DNA of 43,401 nt from Psammoneis japonica (Eukaryota). Shown piece by piece: positions 12,086 through 24,269 of the stretch. Both the position numbers and the translations under genes were made by a program. The notes under the pieces are model-generated. The model did not search any database, was not told the DNA's origin, and saw nothing but the letters and a program-made list of their open reading frames with translations. The DNA is taken from the NCBI GenBank assembly GCA_008632985.1, contig QPGO01000161.1:124001-167401 (forward strand), read 5' to 3'. How positions within the stretch are numbered: the first letter of the stretch is position 1; each line of letters starts with the position of its first letter.

Positions 12086-15000
12086 CTAAGGAGCTTCATC
12101 TTGCTGTTGCTTTTCTCGTTGTTCCGCGGCAGCCAATGGATTCTCCAAACTCACATCGCGCGAGAACGACATTTCGGAAAAGGCGACACTCACTTCTTGA
12201 TTCAAGTCAGGAGGAATTATCAATCCCAAGCTTCCCTTGGTTGTGTAGGGTTCCAACGACATGAGCGAAATGCCCGACATGGCTGAACTGTCCCTCGCAA
12301 AGTCAGGTTCGGCGGGCCCATCGACATCACTGGCGGCAGCGGCCTTGGGAGGAGGCGCCATTTTGGAAGCCTTGCTGCCATTGGATCCTTGAAACTGCTG
12401 TAAAGTGGCTTGCATCTTTTTCCATTCCTCTTCCTTTTCCATGGCGTCTTGAGCATCGTCCTCTTCGTCTTCGCGTTCCGCACACGATTTCTGCTGATCC
12501 AGAAACGTCTGCGTCTGAAACGAGAGAGGAGCGTCACTGTCTTTACGAAGCGCCAAAAATACATTTTGAATGTAATTGTGTTCGGCAGAATTGATGGAAA
12601 ACTGCGATCCGTGCGACAGTCCCGGTGGTTCCAAACCACCATCCACCGAAGCGACTCCTCGTCGTACGGATGACATGGACGCGGATCCAAACGACGTTCC
12701 GGTCGGTTCGGCAGAATTGATGGAAAAGTGCGATCCGTGCGACGGTCCCGGCGGTTCCAAACCACCATCCACCGGAGCGACTCCTCGTCGTACGGATGAC
12801 ATGGACGCGGATCCAAACGACGTTCCGGTCGGTTCGGCAGAATTGATGGAAAACTGCGATCCGTGCGACAGTCCCGGCGGTTCCAAACCACCATCCACCG
12901 GAGCGACACCTCGTCGTACGGATGGCATGGACGCGGATCCAAACGACGTTCCGGTCGGTTCTGCAGAATTGATGGAAAACTGCGATCCGTGCGACAGTCC
13001 CGGCGGTTCCAAACCACCATCCACCGGAGCGAATCCTCGTCGTACGGAGGACATGGACGCGGATCCAAACGACCTTCTGGTCGGTTGGAGTCTATGGTGT
13101 TCCACACTCGTCATGGACATGGAACCAAATGAAATGCCTGTTGGTTCTAGTGGCCGTTCCATGGACGCCATGGTCTCAAAATCAACTCGTGCACCCGGTG
13201 GTAGAGGCGGAGGCATGCTTGAATTGTTGCAATGTTGTTGTTGCTGCTGCGTCTCCGAGCCTCGCTTTGCCTTTGCTTGTTGTTCTTCTGCTTCCTTTGC
13301 AAACTTTGTCTTTTCTTCTTGCGACAAGCGCTTTTTTCCTCCAGTCTTTTCCCCCCTATCACCGCCACCAGCTCCCGGAGCCTGAGACGGTAAATGCTGA
13401 GGTATGGGTGGCATTCCCATAAAGGGCGATTGCTGCATCACCCGGCTTTGCGAAGACATGGGTGCAGGCGGAGGAACGGTGCTGCAATCTCCTGATGGTT
13501 GATAGGGTGGAACGAGTGTTGTCTTTGGAGCAACGGTGTTGGTAACTTCAAGAATATCTTCTGTCGCAGGATCATAGACAGGAGCATCGACTCCTTTGGC
13601 GCGTCCGATAGTTGCGCCGTCAAATGCCAGAGGCGGAGCCGATGGCCCGTTTCGCTCAAGGTCTGTGAACGACGCCGACGCATTCTCTCGAAAAGCTCTT
13701 TCGGACATTCCACTTCGGGGCGTCAAGTCCGTAGCCAGTGTCGAACGTGTTCCATCCAAGCTGGAAACTGAAGATTTGTTGCTGGCAATCTCCACCGCAA
13801 TCTCATTGTGATCCGATATGTTCTCAGTCTGCGGGAGTAACATCCACCCCCCCTCAGCAGCAACGTCACTTGCCAGCTCACTTAGTTTGAGTCCTCCATG
13901 GATTAGTTGCGCTCGCGCCTTATTGGAGGTTGGTAGCATCAGTTGAATTTCACCATGATTCCAACGCCATACATCAGGAAGGAGAGCCGTTTGTGAAGTA
14001 GCTAGTGCAACTGAGCATGGCATTGTAACCAAGAAGGCCGGTGACAATCCGTCAATGTGTGTATCCTCGTCTCCAATACGGAGATGCATTTTTGTCTCCT
14101 TAAGCTTCGCAAAGATCCTCTGAAGTACCTGTGTATGGGCTTCGAGAAGCATGTACAGCGAACCTTTCCACACGGAGCCAATCTTGAGATCTTCTATCTG
14201 CTCGTCTGTTGCACCGCACTCGTGCAGCACTTTGACAAGGTTCTTACAGATGGTGCGTACTCTTTCGATTTCATACTGCTTCAAATCGTCGTGGAGCTCA
14301 ATTACACAGTTTAATCTTACAACGAATCGTTCCTTCCAGAAACAACTCCCTCGCATGCGTTTCACTGAAACGTGTGGTCCGCCGTATTTGACTTCACCAA
14401 ATATGGCAAGTTGTGACAACCGCGACTCGAGCCTGTGAGCGGCTTGGATAGCACGGGCATTCCAGTGTTCCTGCTCATCCATATTTCTGGCATCAAAATC
14501 GACACCAACAAACCCCAATGACCCATCACTGGATGTCGATGAGCTATCCGACATCAAGACATCCCCTTGATGAGAATCGTCTTTGACTCCAGCCGAAGAC
14601 ACTTTTGTCGAATGGTTTCCGGTTCTTCTGCTTGAAGCAGGTCCTGAATGGACGCCCTCCGTTGTTGAACCTTCTTCGGCTGTCTGGCCAGCAATCCAAA
14701 ACAGTTTCTCTAATCCTTTGCGTGATTTTTCCCAATCCATCGAACGCCACTTGTTTTCATATGCCAGCAGCATCTCTTTGCATCTCTTTATCTCGCTCGA
14801 CTCGAACCTCTCAACGAGAAACTTTCGCAAGTTACCCAGAAAGCGCTTGGGTTCGTGATCGCTCTGATCATATACCTCACAATAAAGCGTGTCTTCACTT
14901 CTAACTCCAAAGGCGGCCATTAAATTCTGCATGTATATCGTCCGTTGAGGCCTTCGAATCGTCTCGTCCGCTAGAGTGCGCCGGCAACAGTAGGCATCTC

Positions 15001-15630
15001 TTCCTGCCATTATGCCAGTGCCCCGTTTCAAGATCCAGTCAGAAATCTTCATGGCAATCTCCTTTCTGCTGAAAGCACAATCGAAACAATCTTCTTCCAG
15101 CTCGACAAAATGGTACTGGAACTTCTCACCAAGACCTTGTTCATGTAGAAATCTAGTCTTTCTGTCTATTTCCGTCTCGGATAATCCAAAGCAAATGAAG
15201 CATAGTCGGATTTCCTTATGAGATTCCCCATTTGAAGCTAGCTGTAAAGCGGCCAAAAGTTCAAAAGGCACCATTTTGAATTGAAGTAACCCTCAGAAGC
15301 TAGGATTGCAACGACGCCGCCTCCGCGCGTCTGCAGTAAGCCTCCATCCAGAATGTTCTTTTGAATTACCCCATCAGGACTGTTCGTAAGCCTAGTCTCA
15401 TCAAAGAAGACTTCCAAGACGCCAAGACGCATATGCTCTGTTGTCCAGTGCGTCTGGAGAACACCGTCCTTCGCAAGAGCGCTAGCAAGGTGCCTAAGAG
15501 TGTACGGTTCGCAATCGGCGGCAGTTGATGTGCTTCGCCAGAGGACTTCGCTGCCGTGAAATGAAAGAAAGACATCGTTTCGCTGTTCTTGAACGTTCTC
15601 ACACATTCGCGTTGCCATCTTGCTTGACAC
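12086..15630 (-). CDS. TIR-domain protein, about 1180 aa, with a low-complexity repeat-containing C-terminus
   Basis: The N-terminus has DVFLSFHG...VFFDE...VVAILASEGYFNSKWCL. Restoring one T in the T-run near 15263-15266 joins the two ORFs to give WCLFELLAAL, the TIR WCxxEL motif. Confidence 0.75.
12581..13084 (-). repeat. Coding tandem repeat, 4 x 126 bp (42 aa)
   Basis: Units start at 12581, 12707, 12833 and 12959 and encode EPTGTSFGSASMSSVRRGVAPVDGGLEPPGLSHGSQFSINSA. Confidence 0.95.
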
Positions 15631-15994
15631 TCAACGTCCCATCCACTTTACTGTTAGCAGTAAACTTTACTGTTTATAACAAAGAAGCGCCATGGTGGAC
15701 GTGCGAGACGGCACTGAGAACTGGCCTCATCACATCACTCACGCACTCCATCCCAACTCCCAGCTTGGGAGGTCTGTAAGCCTCATCACAGCGTTGCGTT
15801 GGATCCTGCGCGTTGGATGAGCTGGATTCGGAAAACGCCCGATGGGACAATGACGAGGTTGCGAATGAATTCCGTTGTGCTGCGTCTTTCGTTTGCGTTC
15901 CTCTGTCATCATCATTTACTTCCCTTTATCCGCTGGCACCTGTTGTGGGGACATTGATGGAGTCAGCCAACCGATTGGTTTCACTGGATGGATC

Positions 15995-16110
15995 CACAGC
16001 ACTTTCAATTGCAGTTGAGTGACACCCTGGTGCAACCTCGAGGATTCCCATGAAACATCTCTCGCTTCCAGAAATCAAGCAATGGGATCAAGGTGGTGGC
16101 AAGGCATGCA
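15995..16110 (+). repeat. Diverged copy of the FkbM gene 3' end and 3' flank (about 4400-4510, inverted)
   Basis: attgcagttgagtgacaccctggtgcaacc versus attgccgtggagtaacaccctggtgcgacc; both encode ...SIAVE*, with the stop TAA in one copy and TGA in the other. Confidence 0.7.
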
Positions 16111-16359
16111 ACTTGCATGTCAGTGTCAGACATGCAACAGAATGCCCCGACTGATTGTGCATGTTGCCACCCACTCGGCCGTGCTTTCTGCCACTGTGGC
16201 CATGTGGCGCAGTCAATCAGACCTGTGTGTGTGTGACAGGTGATGTGGTTTTGGTCAAAGCAAGCAAACTGGTCAAAAAAGTGTCAATGGTCACCACTTG
16301 CCAGCATTGTGAGGGAAAGGACATTTTTGCACTGTTTCAGACACCACTGTCGTGGCGGT

Positions 16360-17065
16360 GACTCCCCAAACAACAAGACATCGCATGGTTTGATGTGCCA
16401 CTGATGCAACACAACACGTCCAAGCAGGAAAACAATTTTGGATAAATTCTGGAGATTCAACTGTCACATTGCTGGAATCACACCACTGGAGCCACATCTG
16501 AAATGAGGGACATCGTTGGCTTCTTCGCATCTGCGATTTCAGGGCTTGCAGCAACAGACGGCATGTTTTCTGGCAGACAAGCCCCCAGAAAGCTTTACAC
16601 ACAGCCTAAAACTTGAACCATTCTGTGAGTGACGTGAAAGGTGCAAGTCACACTGCTCACCACAGGTGCGGCAGCCTTCAGGAACTCGAACAAACTTTCG
16701 CTTTTTGTGCTGAACGGCTTCATCTGCAGCATTTTTGGCACCATTTTTGGCGCTTTTTGCAAACTCACACAGGGCTTGTGTCAGCAGAAATGGGCTCTGC
16801 TTCTGAAGCAAGGAAACATCAGCTTCAGGCATCTTGTCAAAGTTCAACCAGTTGTTGCAGAGAGAGCCCTGATGCACCTCCTCTGGAGATCCGTCAAGCA
16901 ACCTTCATCGTCTGGCTTGACAATGCCACGTTCAGTCTAAAAAAAAAAATTGCTGCATCTTGATGCACAACTGGCAAGTGCTTGGAATGAGTTGGCTTCT
17001 GAAAGACTTCTTGGGAGGTGCAGCAATTTCTCAAGAAGATGCTTGGGAGCTTGCTTGCACAGAAA
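16360..17065 (-). pseudogene. Hypermutated paralogous copy of the BTB gene 3' half and downstream region (20470-21430)
   Basis: Aligns to 20470-20950 and 21115-21430, e.g. PEADVSLLQKQSPFLLTQALCEFAKSAK. Confidence 0.85.
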
Positions 17066-17849
17066 ATGCTTGGGTCAGCGCCAATGAATGGCATGTTCTG
17101 CATTGCTGGAAAATGCCCTGAGAACTTGAGAGTCAACAAGAACAAGGCAACCTCAAGACCATCATTTGTCTTTCACACAAGCAAAGCATCAAGCGTTGAG
17201 TCAGTGCAACAAATTTCTGCATTTTTGTGCAAAATCTCAAGCAGCATTTCTTGAAAAATCACTCAAGAGAGCTGCCTTGTGTGCAATGCATGACAACCAA
17301 CTCAGCCACAAAACCAAAGACTGGCCTTTTTGGGGCAGGCCAGCCAATGTGGTGACAGAAAAATTCAGCAAACCACCTCAAATGCTGTGTGCACACTGTG
17401 CATTGCATTGCATGTGGGGAGTCACAAAGCTGGTGCTTTTGGTGTGTGTGCACACTTCAGCACACAGCTGGAAGAGTTGGGGCTTGTCCAGATGAGAGAG
17501 ATTTGCAAGAGAAGCGAAAAGAGAAAAGGCTGCAAGGTTTCTCACTTGTCATGAGCAGCTTCTTTTTCTAGAGAACCAGGCCCAGCTTCTGCACAGTTGC
17601 TTGGGGCAGTTGTCTCCAGCTCTCTCACAGTGGCTGGCAAAGGCTTGGCAGAAGAGCTGGCATTTTCAGTGTGGCACTTGGAAGTGGAAAACCATGCTTC
17701 AAATTTCAAAAAACCACAGCATTTTTGTGGGCATGGCCCCACAATTTTGGTTTTCATGATGTGCCTGTCTCAACATTTCTCATTTTTTTCATGTGAAAAA
17801 CAAAAACAATGGCTTTTGATTCTCAAACAATGGTTCATTTTCCACTGAT

Positions 17850-18900
17850 GCATGCTCTCACTCTGGAGGCAGGACCTGGGCCTCCCATGTGGCATTTTCT
17901 CACATTGCTTCTGTTTGATGGCCTTCTGCCAGAGCTTTGCAGGTGGCGCTGGTGTTGTTCCTTCCAACAAGGCACCCATGAGCATGGCCGTCATTGCCGC
18001 CATGCTTGAATGGCTTTTGAGGGTGGCTCTGTGTTGTTGTCCCAGCTGTTTTTTGATTTTGGGGATTTCATTGTCCTTTTTCCATGAGTTGAGCTGCAAG
18101 AAGCAATGCCGTGGTGTTTGCAGAGTTTCCATGGCTTTTTTGGTCATTTGCTGTTGTCCTCATTGCTGGGTTTGCAAGTGCATCTTGTGCTTTGGAAGAT
18201 TGATTTTGGCCCATCACATGTTGCACACCAGGTTGGCACTGTGGCACCTGCCTTGCTGAGTGGCTTGTTGTTTTTGCAGCTCTTCTTGAGCAGCTGAGAA
18301 GGGAGTCTTGAAGTTGGTCTGCATCTTGTTGGCATCCAGTTTCTTCCTCTGTTCTTTGCATGCATCGCAGTGTGTGACAGTTTTAAACTCCAGGGTGCAG
18401 GTGCAGTTGAGGCACAATCTTTGATTTGTTGGATGAGCAATTTGAAGGGGCACTGGGGTCTCATGGCATTCCCATGTGCAGAAAGACCATTGATCTTCTT
18501 GGGCATTGTTGAATTTTGGAAGGACTCAATGAAGTCATCAGGTGATGGCACATTGCGGTGGCCATGGCTCTGGGGTGCAAGGGTCATGTTGTTGTTGACA
18601 TTGCAGAGGCGTGCACTTGAGTGTCATTGACAAGGAGCACATGTGGTTTCAGCTAGAAGGGCATTGTTGCCATCTTCAGTCTGAGTGTGAAAGGACTGGC
18701 TCATCGCTGCTGTTGTGTGTGAGATTTGTTGCTGCAGGCTGCCTTTGGAAATTGGGGTGATCAGCAGGAGAGGAGCAGTTTGTGTGTGTTTGCAAAATTG
18801 CCTCTTTTTTTGTTGGCAATCACCCATGTGTGCATTGCCAGATGATTTTGCTGCAGAGCTCAAATGCAGAATTCTGTGGGCCAAATGTCACATGCAGCCA
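17850..18900 (-). mobile_element. Degraded gag-like region of a second diatom LTR retrotransposon type
   Basis: Fragments PFKLLIQQIKDC and KMQTNFKTPFSAAQEELQKQQATQQGRCHSAN resemble the diatom Copia gag pattern KTWxNFKxHFxxAQxELRxQ..GYHxAN as I recall it. Confidence 0.6.
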
Positions 18901-19195
18901 GCCCTGCTCAGGGGGATGCCACTTGCAGCCAGACAGAAATGTTTTTGCCCACTGTGGAAATTGGTCAAGACTGTCAAGTTGTTGTGCTTTGACAGTGTGT
19001 GTTGAACATGCAGGGATGTTGTTTCAAATGGAAATTTCAGGAAAAAGTGACAAATGACCCTTGATGGATTTTGTTTTGCCTGGAGGTGGAACCAGCTCTG
19101 CATGAGGTTGGGGTCAGAATTTTTGGCCTTTTTTGCAAAAGAATTTGGAGAAGGGAGTTTGGCACTTCAAACTCCTGTTGGTGTAAAAGAAAGGA

Positions 19196-20140
19196 GTGTG
19201 CACATCCCCATCACTTGCACAGTGCCATGGCAAACTTTCCCTCGTTGCACCCATCTCTGACAAGAAAGCAGTTGACAGGAAAATTGTCATTGCTGCTGCT
19301 TCTGATCTTCTTGTTGTCATCATCTTGATCATCCCCCTGTTGCAGATTCTGCAGACTGATGAAATCAGCACACATGATTCCTTTGCGGTGGCAACAGACA
19401 AACCCATGTCAACTGCTGATTGCTTGGATCTTTGTCTGGAGAATCAAGTGAATGGTTTGATTGCTCAAAACAATCAAGCATTTGTCACAATGCCAGCTAA
19501 AGCCACCAGTTCTTTCCTGAAATTGTTCACCAAGATTTGCACGAAACAAGAGCCTCTTGACAATTTTGTCAACTGCCATCAGCAGACAAAAGCATTCTTG
19601 ACTGATTCGTTGCACTTGCCACCAATGATTGCATTTCACACATCATTGGATCAACCGTTCATTGATCTGCAGAACACACCTCATCCAATGGTGCATTGAT
19701 CATCTGCATTCATTGACAAGAAACAGATTGACTGCTCTGTGGCATTCAAATGGTCTTGACCTTTCATGTTTGTCAGAGGCGTCATTTCAAGATTGGAAGT
19801 GCTGTCAGTCATTTCAACCTTGAAAAGAATGGGATGCATTGCATCATGGAGATGAGGGTCCAGCAATTGACATTGTCAAAAAGAGAACACAAGAGATTGG
19901 CTTTGGTTCATTCAATGTTTTAACATGCAAGTCCTGCAAAGCAATTGTGAACAATGAACCCAATCTGGTCTCTTTGTTGGCTGCAAGCAAGCAGATAAGA
20001 TCTAAAAACTGCTCTCAAAGAATCATTCTCCAGATGTGTTGGCAGGCCTCCCAGCAAAGACAAATGTCGAAGAGGAAAATTCAAGTGTTCCTGCATTTGA
20101 ACAATGAGAATCTCTTGTCGTGTCACTCAATGATTGGCTG
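19196..20140 (+). pseudogene. Degraded copy of a host-type membrane-anchored protein gene
   Basis: An N-terminal hydrophobic stretch is followed by TMPAKATSSFLKLFTKIC..DNFVN..FLTDSLHLPPMI. It has several frameshifts, no Tyr, and TpA is depleted. Confidence 0.45.
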
Positions 20141-20469
20141 AAGGCAAAAAGAGAAATGCTCTTGAGTGGGCTCTGAAATTGAAATCAAATGTAACATGTC
20201 AAGCCACTGCCAAGCACATGGAGAAAGAACTGTTTTCATGTCCCCATCATGAAGCAATGAGGTGTCATTGTCCAGTGTCAAGTGATGGCAGGCATCAAGA
20301 GTTTTGCAAGCACAAGAAAGTTTGCTGAAACAAATGAGGATCCATTCAGACAAGCCAAATCAATTGGGCTAAATCCAGGTGATGGTCGAAACAGATGCCA
20401 ACGGATGCCAGGAAGTATGACAAACGATGATGACTCAGGAATTCATTGGCAACCCCGTCATTTACACCA

Positions 20470-20960
20470 CTTCCCCACACAAGACACAGCGTGGTTGCAT
20501 GTGCCAGCGATGCAACAACACACGGCCCAAGCGGGATAATGACTTTAGATGAATTCTGTAGATTTAACTATCACATTGCAATAAAATTTCACCATTGGAG
20601 TGACATCTGAAATGAGGTGCACCGTCCACTTCTTTGTATCCGCGATTTTAGCCCATGTAATAAACAGCATGATAAGTTCCAAAGTGCCCGCCTTCATGAA
20701 GCCGAACAACCTGACCGGAACTTGAAGAACCATCCTGTAGGTTACGTGATCGGAGCCGCCCAATCATATCCTGCTGGTCACGGGAATGGCAGCCATCAGG
20801 AACTCGAACAAACTTTCTCTGGTTGCGCTGAACGGCTTCATCGGCACCCTTTTTGGCGCTTTTTCCAAACTCACACGGGGCATGCGTCAGTAGAAATGGG
20901 CTGTGCTTCTGAAGCAAGGCAACATCAGCTTCGAGTATCTTGCCAAAGTTCGAACACAGC
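20470..20960 (-). repeat. Partial tandem duplicate of the BTB gene C-terminal region
   Basis: 20848-20947 repeats 21113-21210 (EADVALLQKHSPFLLTHAPCEFGKSAKK). Confidence 0.75.
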
Positions 20961-21035
20961 ACAAGATTGGGATAATAATGTTAGATGAGTTCAGGAGATT
21001 AAACTATCATATTGCCTAATTCGCGACTTTGGAGT

Positions 21036-22168
21036 TACCCCCAAAAATCAAAGGCTTCACTTCTTCGTCTCAGCCGTTTAGTCACTACTGGCCTTCCCCG
21101 AGCTTGAGCAACCTTTTTGGCGCTTTTTACAAACTCGCACAATGCTTCTGTCAGTAGAAATGGGTTCTGCTTCTGAAGCAAGGTAACATCAGCTTCAGGA
21201 ATCTTGCCAATGATCGACCAGTCGTCGCAGAGGGCCTTGATACACCTCTTCTGGAGATCCGTAACGAAGCTGTCATCATCTGGTTTGACAATGCTACGTT
21301 CAGCCTCGATTTAAAAAAAAGCTGCATCTCGATGCACAGCCGGTAAGTACTCGGCACGAGTCAGCTTCTGAAAAGCTTCTTGGGAGGCACCGCAGTTCAT
21401 CAAGAAAATGCCTAGGAGCTTGCTTACATGGAGACTAAACTTCTCTGTATCACTTGGACTCGTTTTAGTGCCTTCTACGAGATCGATCCAAAATTCTTCG
21501 TCCGACACATGCATCAAACGGGACTTGTCGTCAATGCGAAGGATCTTCTTACGGCACGTTGCTGCAGCGGCGTCTCTGATCTTTTCATCATTTAGAATCG
21601 TGGCATGTTCAAAATACGTCCCACAAGTGCTCGCATTAAAAAGGTCTTTCTTCCAAAAGTGTTTGGCATCCCATCGAAGCCGACGAATCTGAAAATACCC
21701 GCCAAGATAATGAAGCGGAGTCGCCGTTTCCGTTGTTATCAGGAGCTCCGAGTCCAGAGAGTACATGTAATCCAGCACATTCGGAAACGCCTTTGCAGCA
21801 ATCTCCTCCAACTCTATCTGACTCTTCCTAGTGTTGGACTCTGCAAATCGACCTCCATCCTTGAACAATCGATCAAAATACTCGCTCTTGCGTGGGCCGG
21901 CTGCAAGTTGCGCCTTGTGCACATGATACGTGTCGGTTTTTGTCGTGTTGTTTTTGGTCTGATACTTGATTTCAATCGTCCAGTCCGAGTAATTATCTCC
22001 TGGATCTTGTCGCCACAATATCTTTTTCTTGTCATTTCGAATCGCCGGAGGAGCCACGTCAGAATCGTACGCATCGTACGATTCGCCGAGTTTTGAGCGC
22101 TTCTTCGAATTTGCTGCCACCTCCTCTCCGTTTGCTGCTATTGTCTTGCGCTTTGCTGTCGTGGCCAT
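21036..22168 (-). CDS. BTB/POZ-domain protein
   Basis: SDWTIEI...TYHVHKAQLAAGPRKSEYFDRLF...AFPNVLDYMY. The TAA at 21311-21313 lies in a homopolymer and is in frame with the continuation IEAERSIVKPDDDSFVTDLQKRCI..., so it is probably TTA (Leu) miscalled. Confidence 0.85.
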
Positions 22169-22885
22169 TGCTTCTCACTGCCTTCTGTTGCCAGAGAACT
22201 CAACAATGTTGTGATCTGATGAGCCTCAAACTGATGAAGAAGGTTTGCATACGATGAACATGCTAACACGAAGAATGTTTTGAAACATCTTGCGGCTTAT
22301 TGCGGCTTAGAGTCTTCAATCAAATCGCGATCTTTCAATCAAAAACTCCACCGCACTTTCGCGCCGTATTGAAAGCACGTAGATTCCACGTACAAAGATA
22401 CGTCGAGTGGAGAGCGGGAAACTATCCGCCCTCGCATGAGGTGATAACGGCTGCGTATAAAATGTACCTGGCTTCTGCGTAGAAAAAGCCCGCGCGAACC
22501 GAAGGTACACTCCGGCATTTTATTGCCCCCTCACGTTCGAAGGCCAACGTTTCCCAAACGATGCTGTAATGGCGGAAGACGGCTCAGATCACCTTCAACA
22601 CCTTGGTGACGTTGTCAATCCATGGACTGAAACATAAGACTGGCGAGAGAAACCAAATTTAAATTTGCAGTGGTGAAAACAGGTGCAACTCAGAGACGCA
22701 CCGGCATGGCATCGCAGTTCTGAAAGCAAATGCAGCTGAATGCTGAAAAGACATGCGGAGAGCATGTAAATCCTTCTTATGCGAGTTACACGCATTTCTA
22801 ACGGACGAAAAGGTTTAATGCACGAGAGGGAGAACGAATGGAATGTGTTTAATAGGTTACTGCAAGTCAACGACTGACTACATCG

Positions 22886-23878
22886 TCACCCAAGACCCGC
22901 GTCTGCCACGAGATTCTCGTTTCTTTCGGTCGCATCATCACCGGCAGGTGACTCGAAGACCAAGTCATCATGGCGAGTGGAGGCAGTGTTGATACCACCG
23001 CACTTGTTTGCCCGAGTATCGTTGGCATCACCACCAGTGGGTGCCATTTCAACTCCGGAAGCATCATCTCCAGTAGATGGCATTTCAGGTGCTGCCTCAA
23101 TGTCCGTATCGTCATTGGGTTCTGTATCGATACAATCAAAAGACAGATCCGTTCGTCCCAGTATCCATTGAATGGTATCCGTTATGCCACCAATGATCCC
23201 AAGAGCGAGAAATAAGTTGCTACTGGCAGCCACTGCCAAAATGAAATCGACAACGGTGCTAAAGCAACGAAGACCTACAAGCATTGTGGAAAATCCGCGG
23301 GACCGGTCCTCACTGTCGAGACCGCTCCAGGAAATGCCAACCCCATAGCTGCTCACCATTGATCCAATGCCAACGCATCCCAAAACCGCATAGGCACCCC
23401 ACATTGCTACATCGTCTTCTAAGGCAGACACCAAGGCCAGGTAAATATCAATGGCAACGGCCATGGTGAACCAAACGATCAAAAACAACTCCCAGCTGGT
23501 GAAAAAGTTGTTTATTGTGACAATTCCGTAAAGAGTCTTGTGGCATTTTGGAAGTGTCGGGCTCTGACGCCTGGCTTGTTCCACCCCCGTGTCGGACGCT
23601 TTGGCGCAAATCACATCCGTCACAAGCACCCAAATGAGATTGGTAAGAGCCACAAGCATGGGTCCGACGGTCGCAATGGTCTTTGTGGGAGCCAAAAGGG
23701 ATGACACCACGACACCACAATCGGCACCCACATCGGTTGCCGCCGTTACAACCGAAGCACGGCGCCGTTGCGGGAAACTAGTGTTGGGGTCGTTCAAAAA
23801 CCACACGCGGGTCACAAAGTAATAGATGCTGCTGGAAATCAAACCTACCAATGTTCCTAAAATAGCGGCGGACACCAT
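22886..23878 (-). CDS. Hypothetical multi-pass membrane protein
   Basis: ORF of about 330 aa from the ATG at 23878, with several hydrophobic helices and an acidic C-terminal tail. Confidence 0.65.
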   Translation of the reverse strand: MVSAAILGTLVGLISSSIYYFVTRVWFLNDPNTSFPQRRRASVVTAATDVGADCGVVVSSLLAPTKTIATVGPMLVALTNLIWVLVTDVICAKASDTGVEQARRQSPTLPKCHKTLYGIVTINNFFTSWELFLIVWFTMAVAIDIYLALVSALEDDVAMWGAYAVLGCVGIGSMVSSYGVGISWSGLDSEDRSRGFSTMLVGLRCFSTVVDFILAVAASSNLFLALGIIGGITDTIQWILGRTDLSFDCIDTEPNDDTDIEAAPEMPSTGDDASGVEMAPTGGDANDTRANKCGGINTASTRHDDLVFESPAGDDATERNENLVADAGLG

Positions 23879-24269
23879 TGTTATCTCAAGAGGTAATGAC
23901 ACTTTCTGGTGAAGCCTCAAGCGTTTGAAAAAATGAAAGATGAATATTATGAATGGAGTAAAATGCTTGAATTCTGAAACTAGTCACGGAGCAAGACGCG
24001 ACTTGAAGAGTCGCATCACGTCTCGCGTTCTTGCGAATTCGAAACTCGAACGTTATAGGTCGTGTCTTATTCTGTTGGTACTATAATGCTTCCACCGGTA
24101 TGCTAGCTAATAAAGTGCATAGGCAGGCGAAACCTTACCAAGGCACGACTAACTCGATAGTTCGCGCAGGGAAACACCAGAAAAGGTAGCATTCTTCCTA
24201 ATACCAACATGCTCTTTCACGTTCCCCATCGCCACCAGAAAAGTTTCCAGCTGTTCAACGATCAATGTG

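Noticed and set aside
12581..13084. CRISPR-like array
   Set aside because: The units are contiguous 126-bp in-frame coding repeats with no unique spacers, in a eukaryotic context.
12220..13385. Long alternative-frame and antisense ORFs over the repeat
   Set aside because: These are shadow ORFs produced by the stop-free repeat unit.
16019..20350. Many short Cys/His-rich ORFs as zinc-finger or metal-binding genes
   Set aside because: They are by-products of TA>TG/CA conversion and stop-codon loss, and they overlap in all frames.
21311..21313. In-frame TAA in the BTB gene as readthrough or an alternative genetic code
   Set aside because: It lies at a T8/A3 junction, so TTA is the likely true codon. 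Other genes in the window end normally in TAA/TAG.
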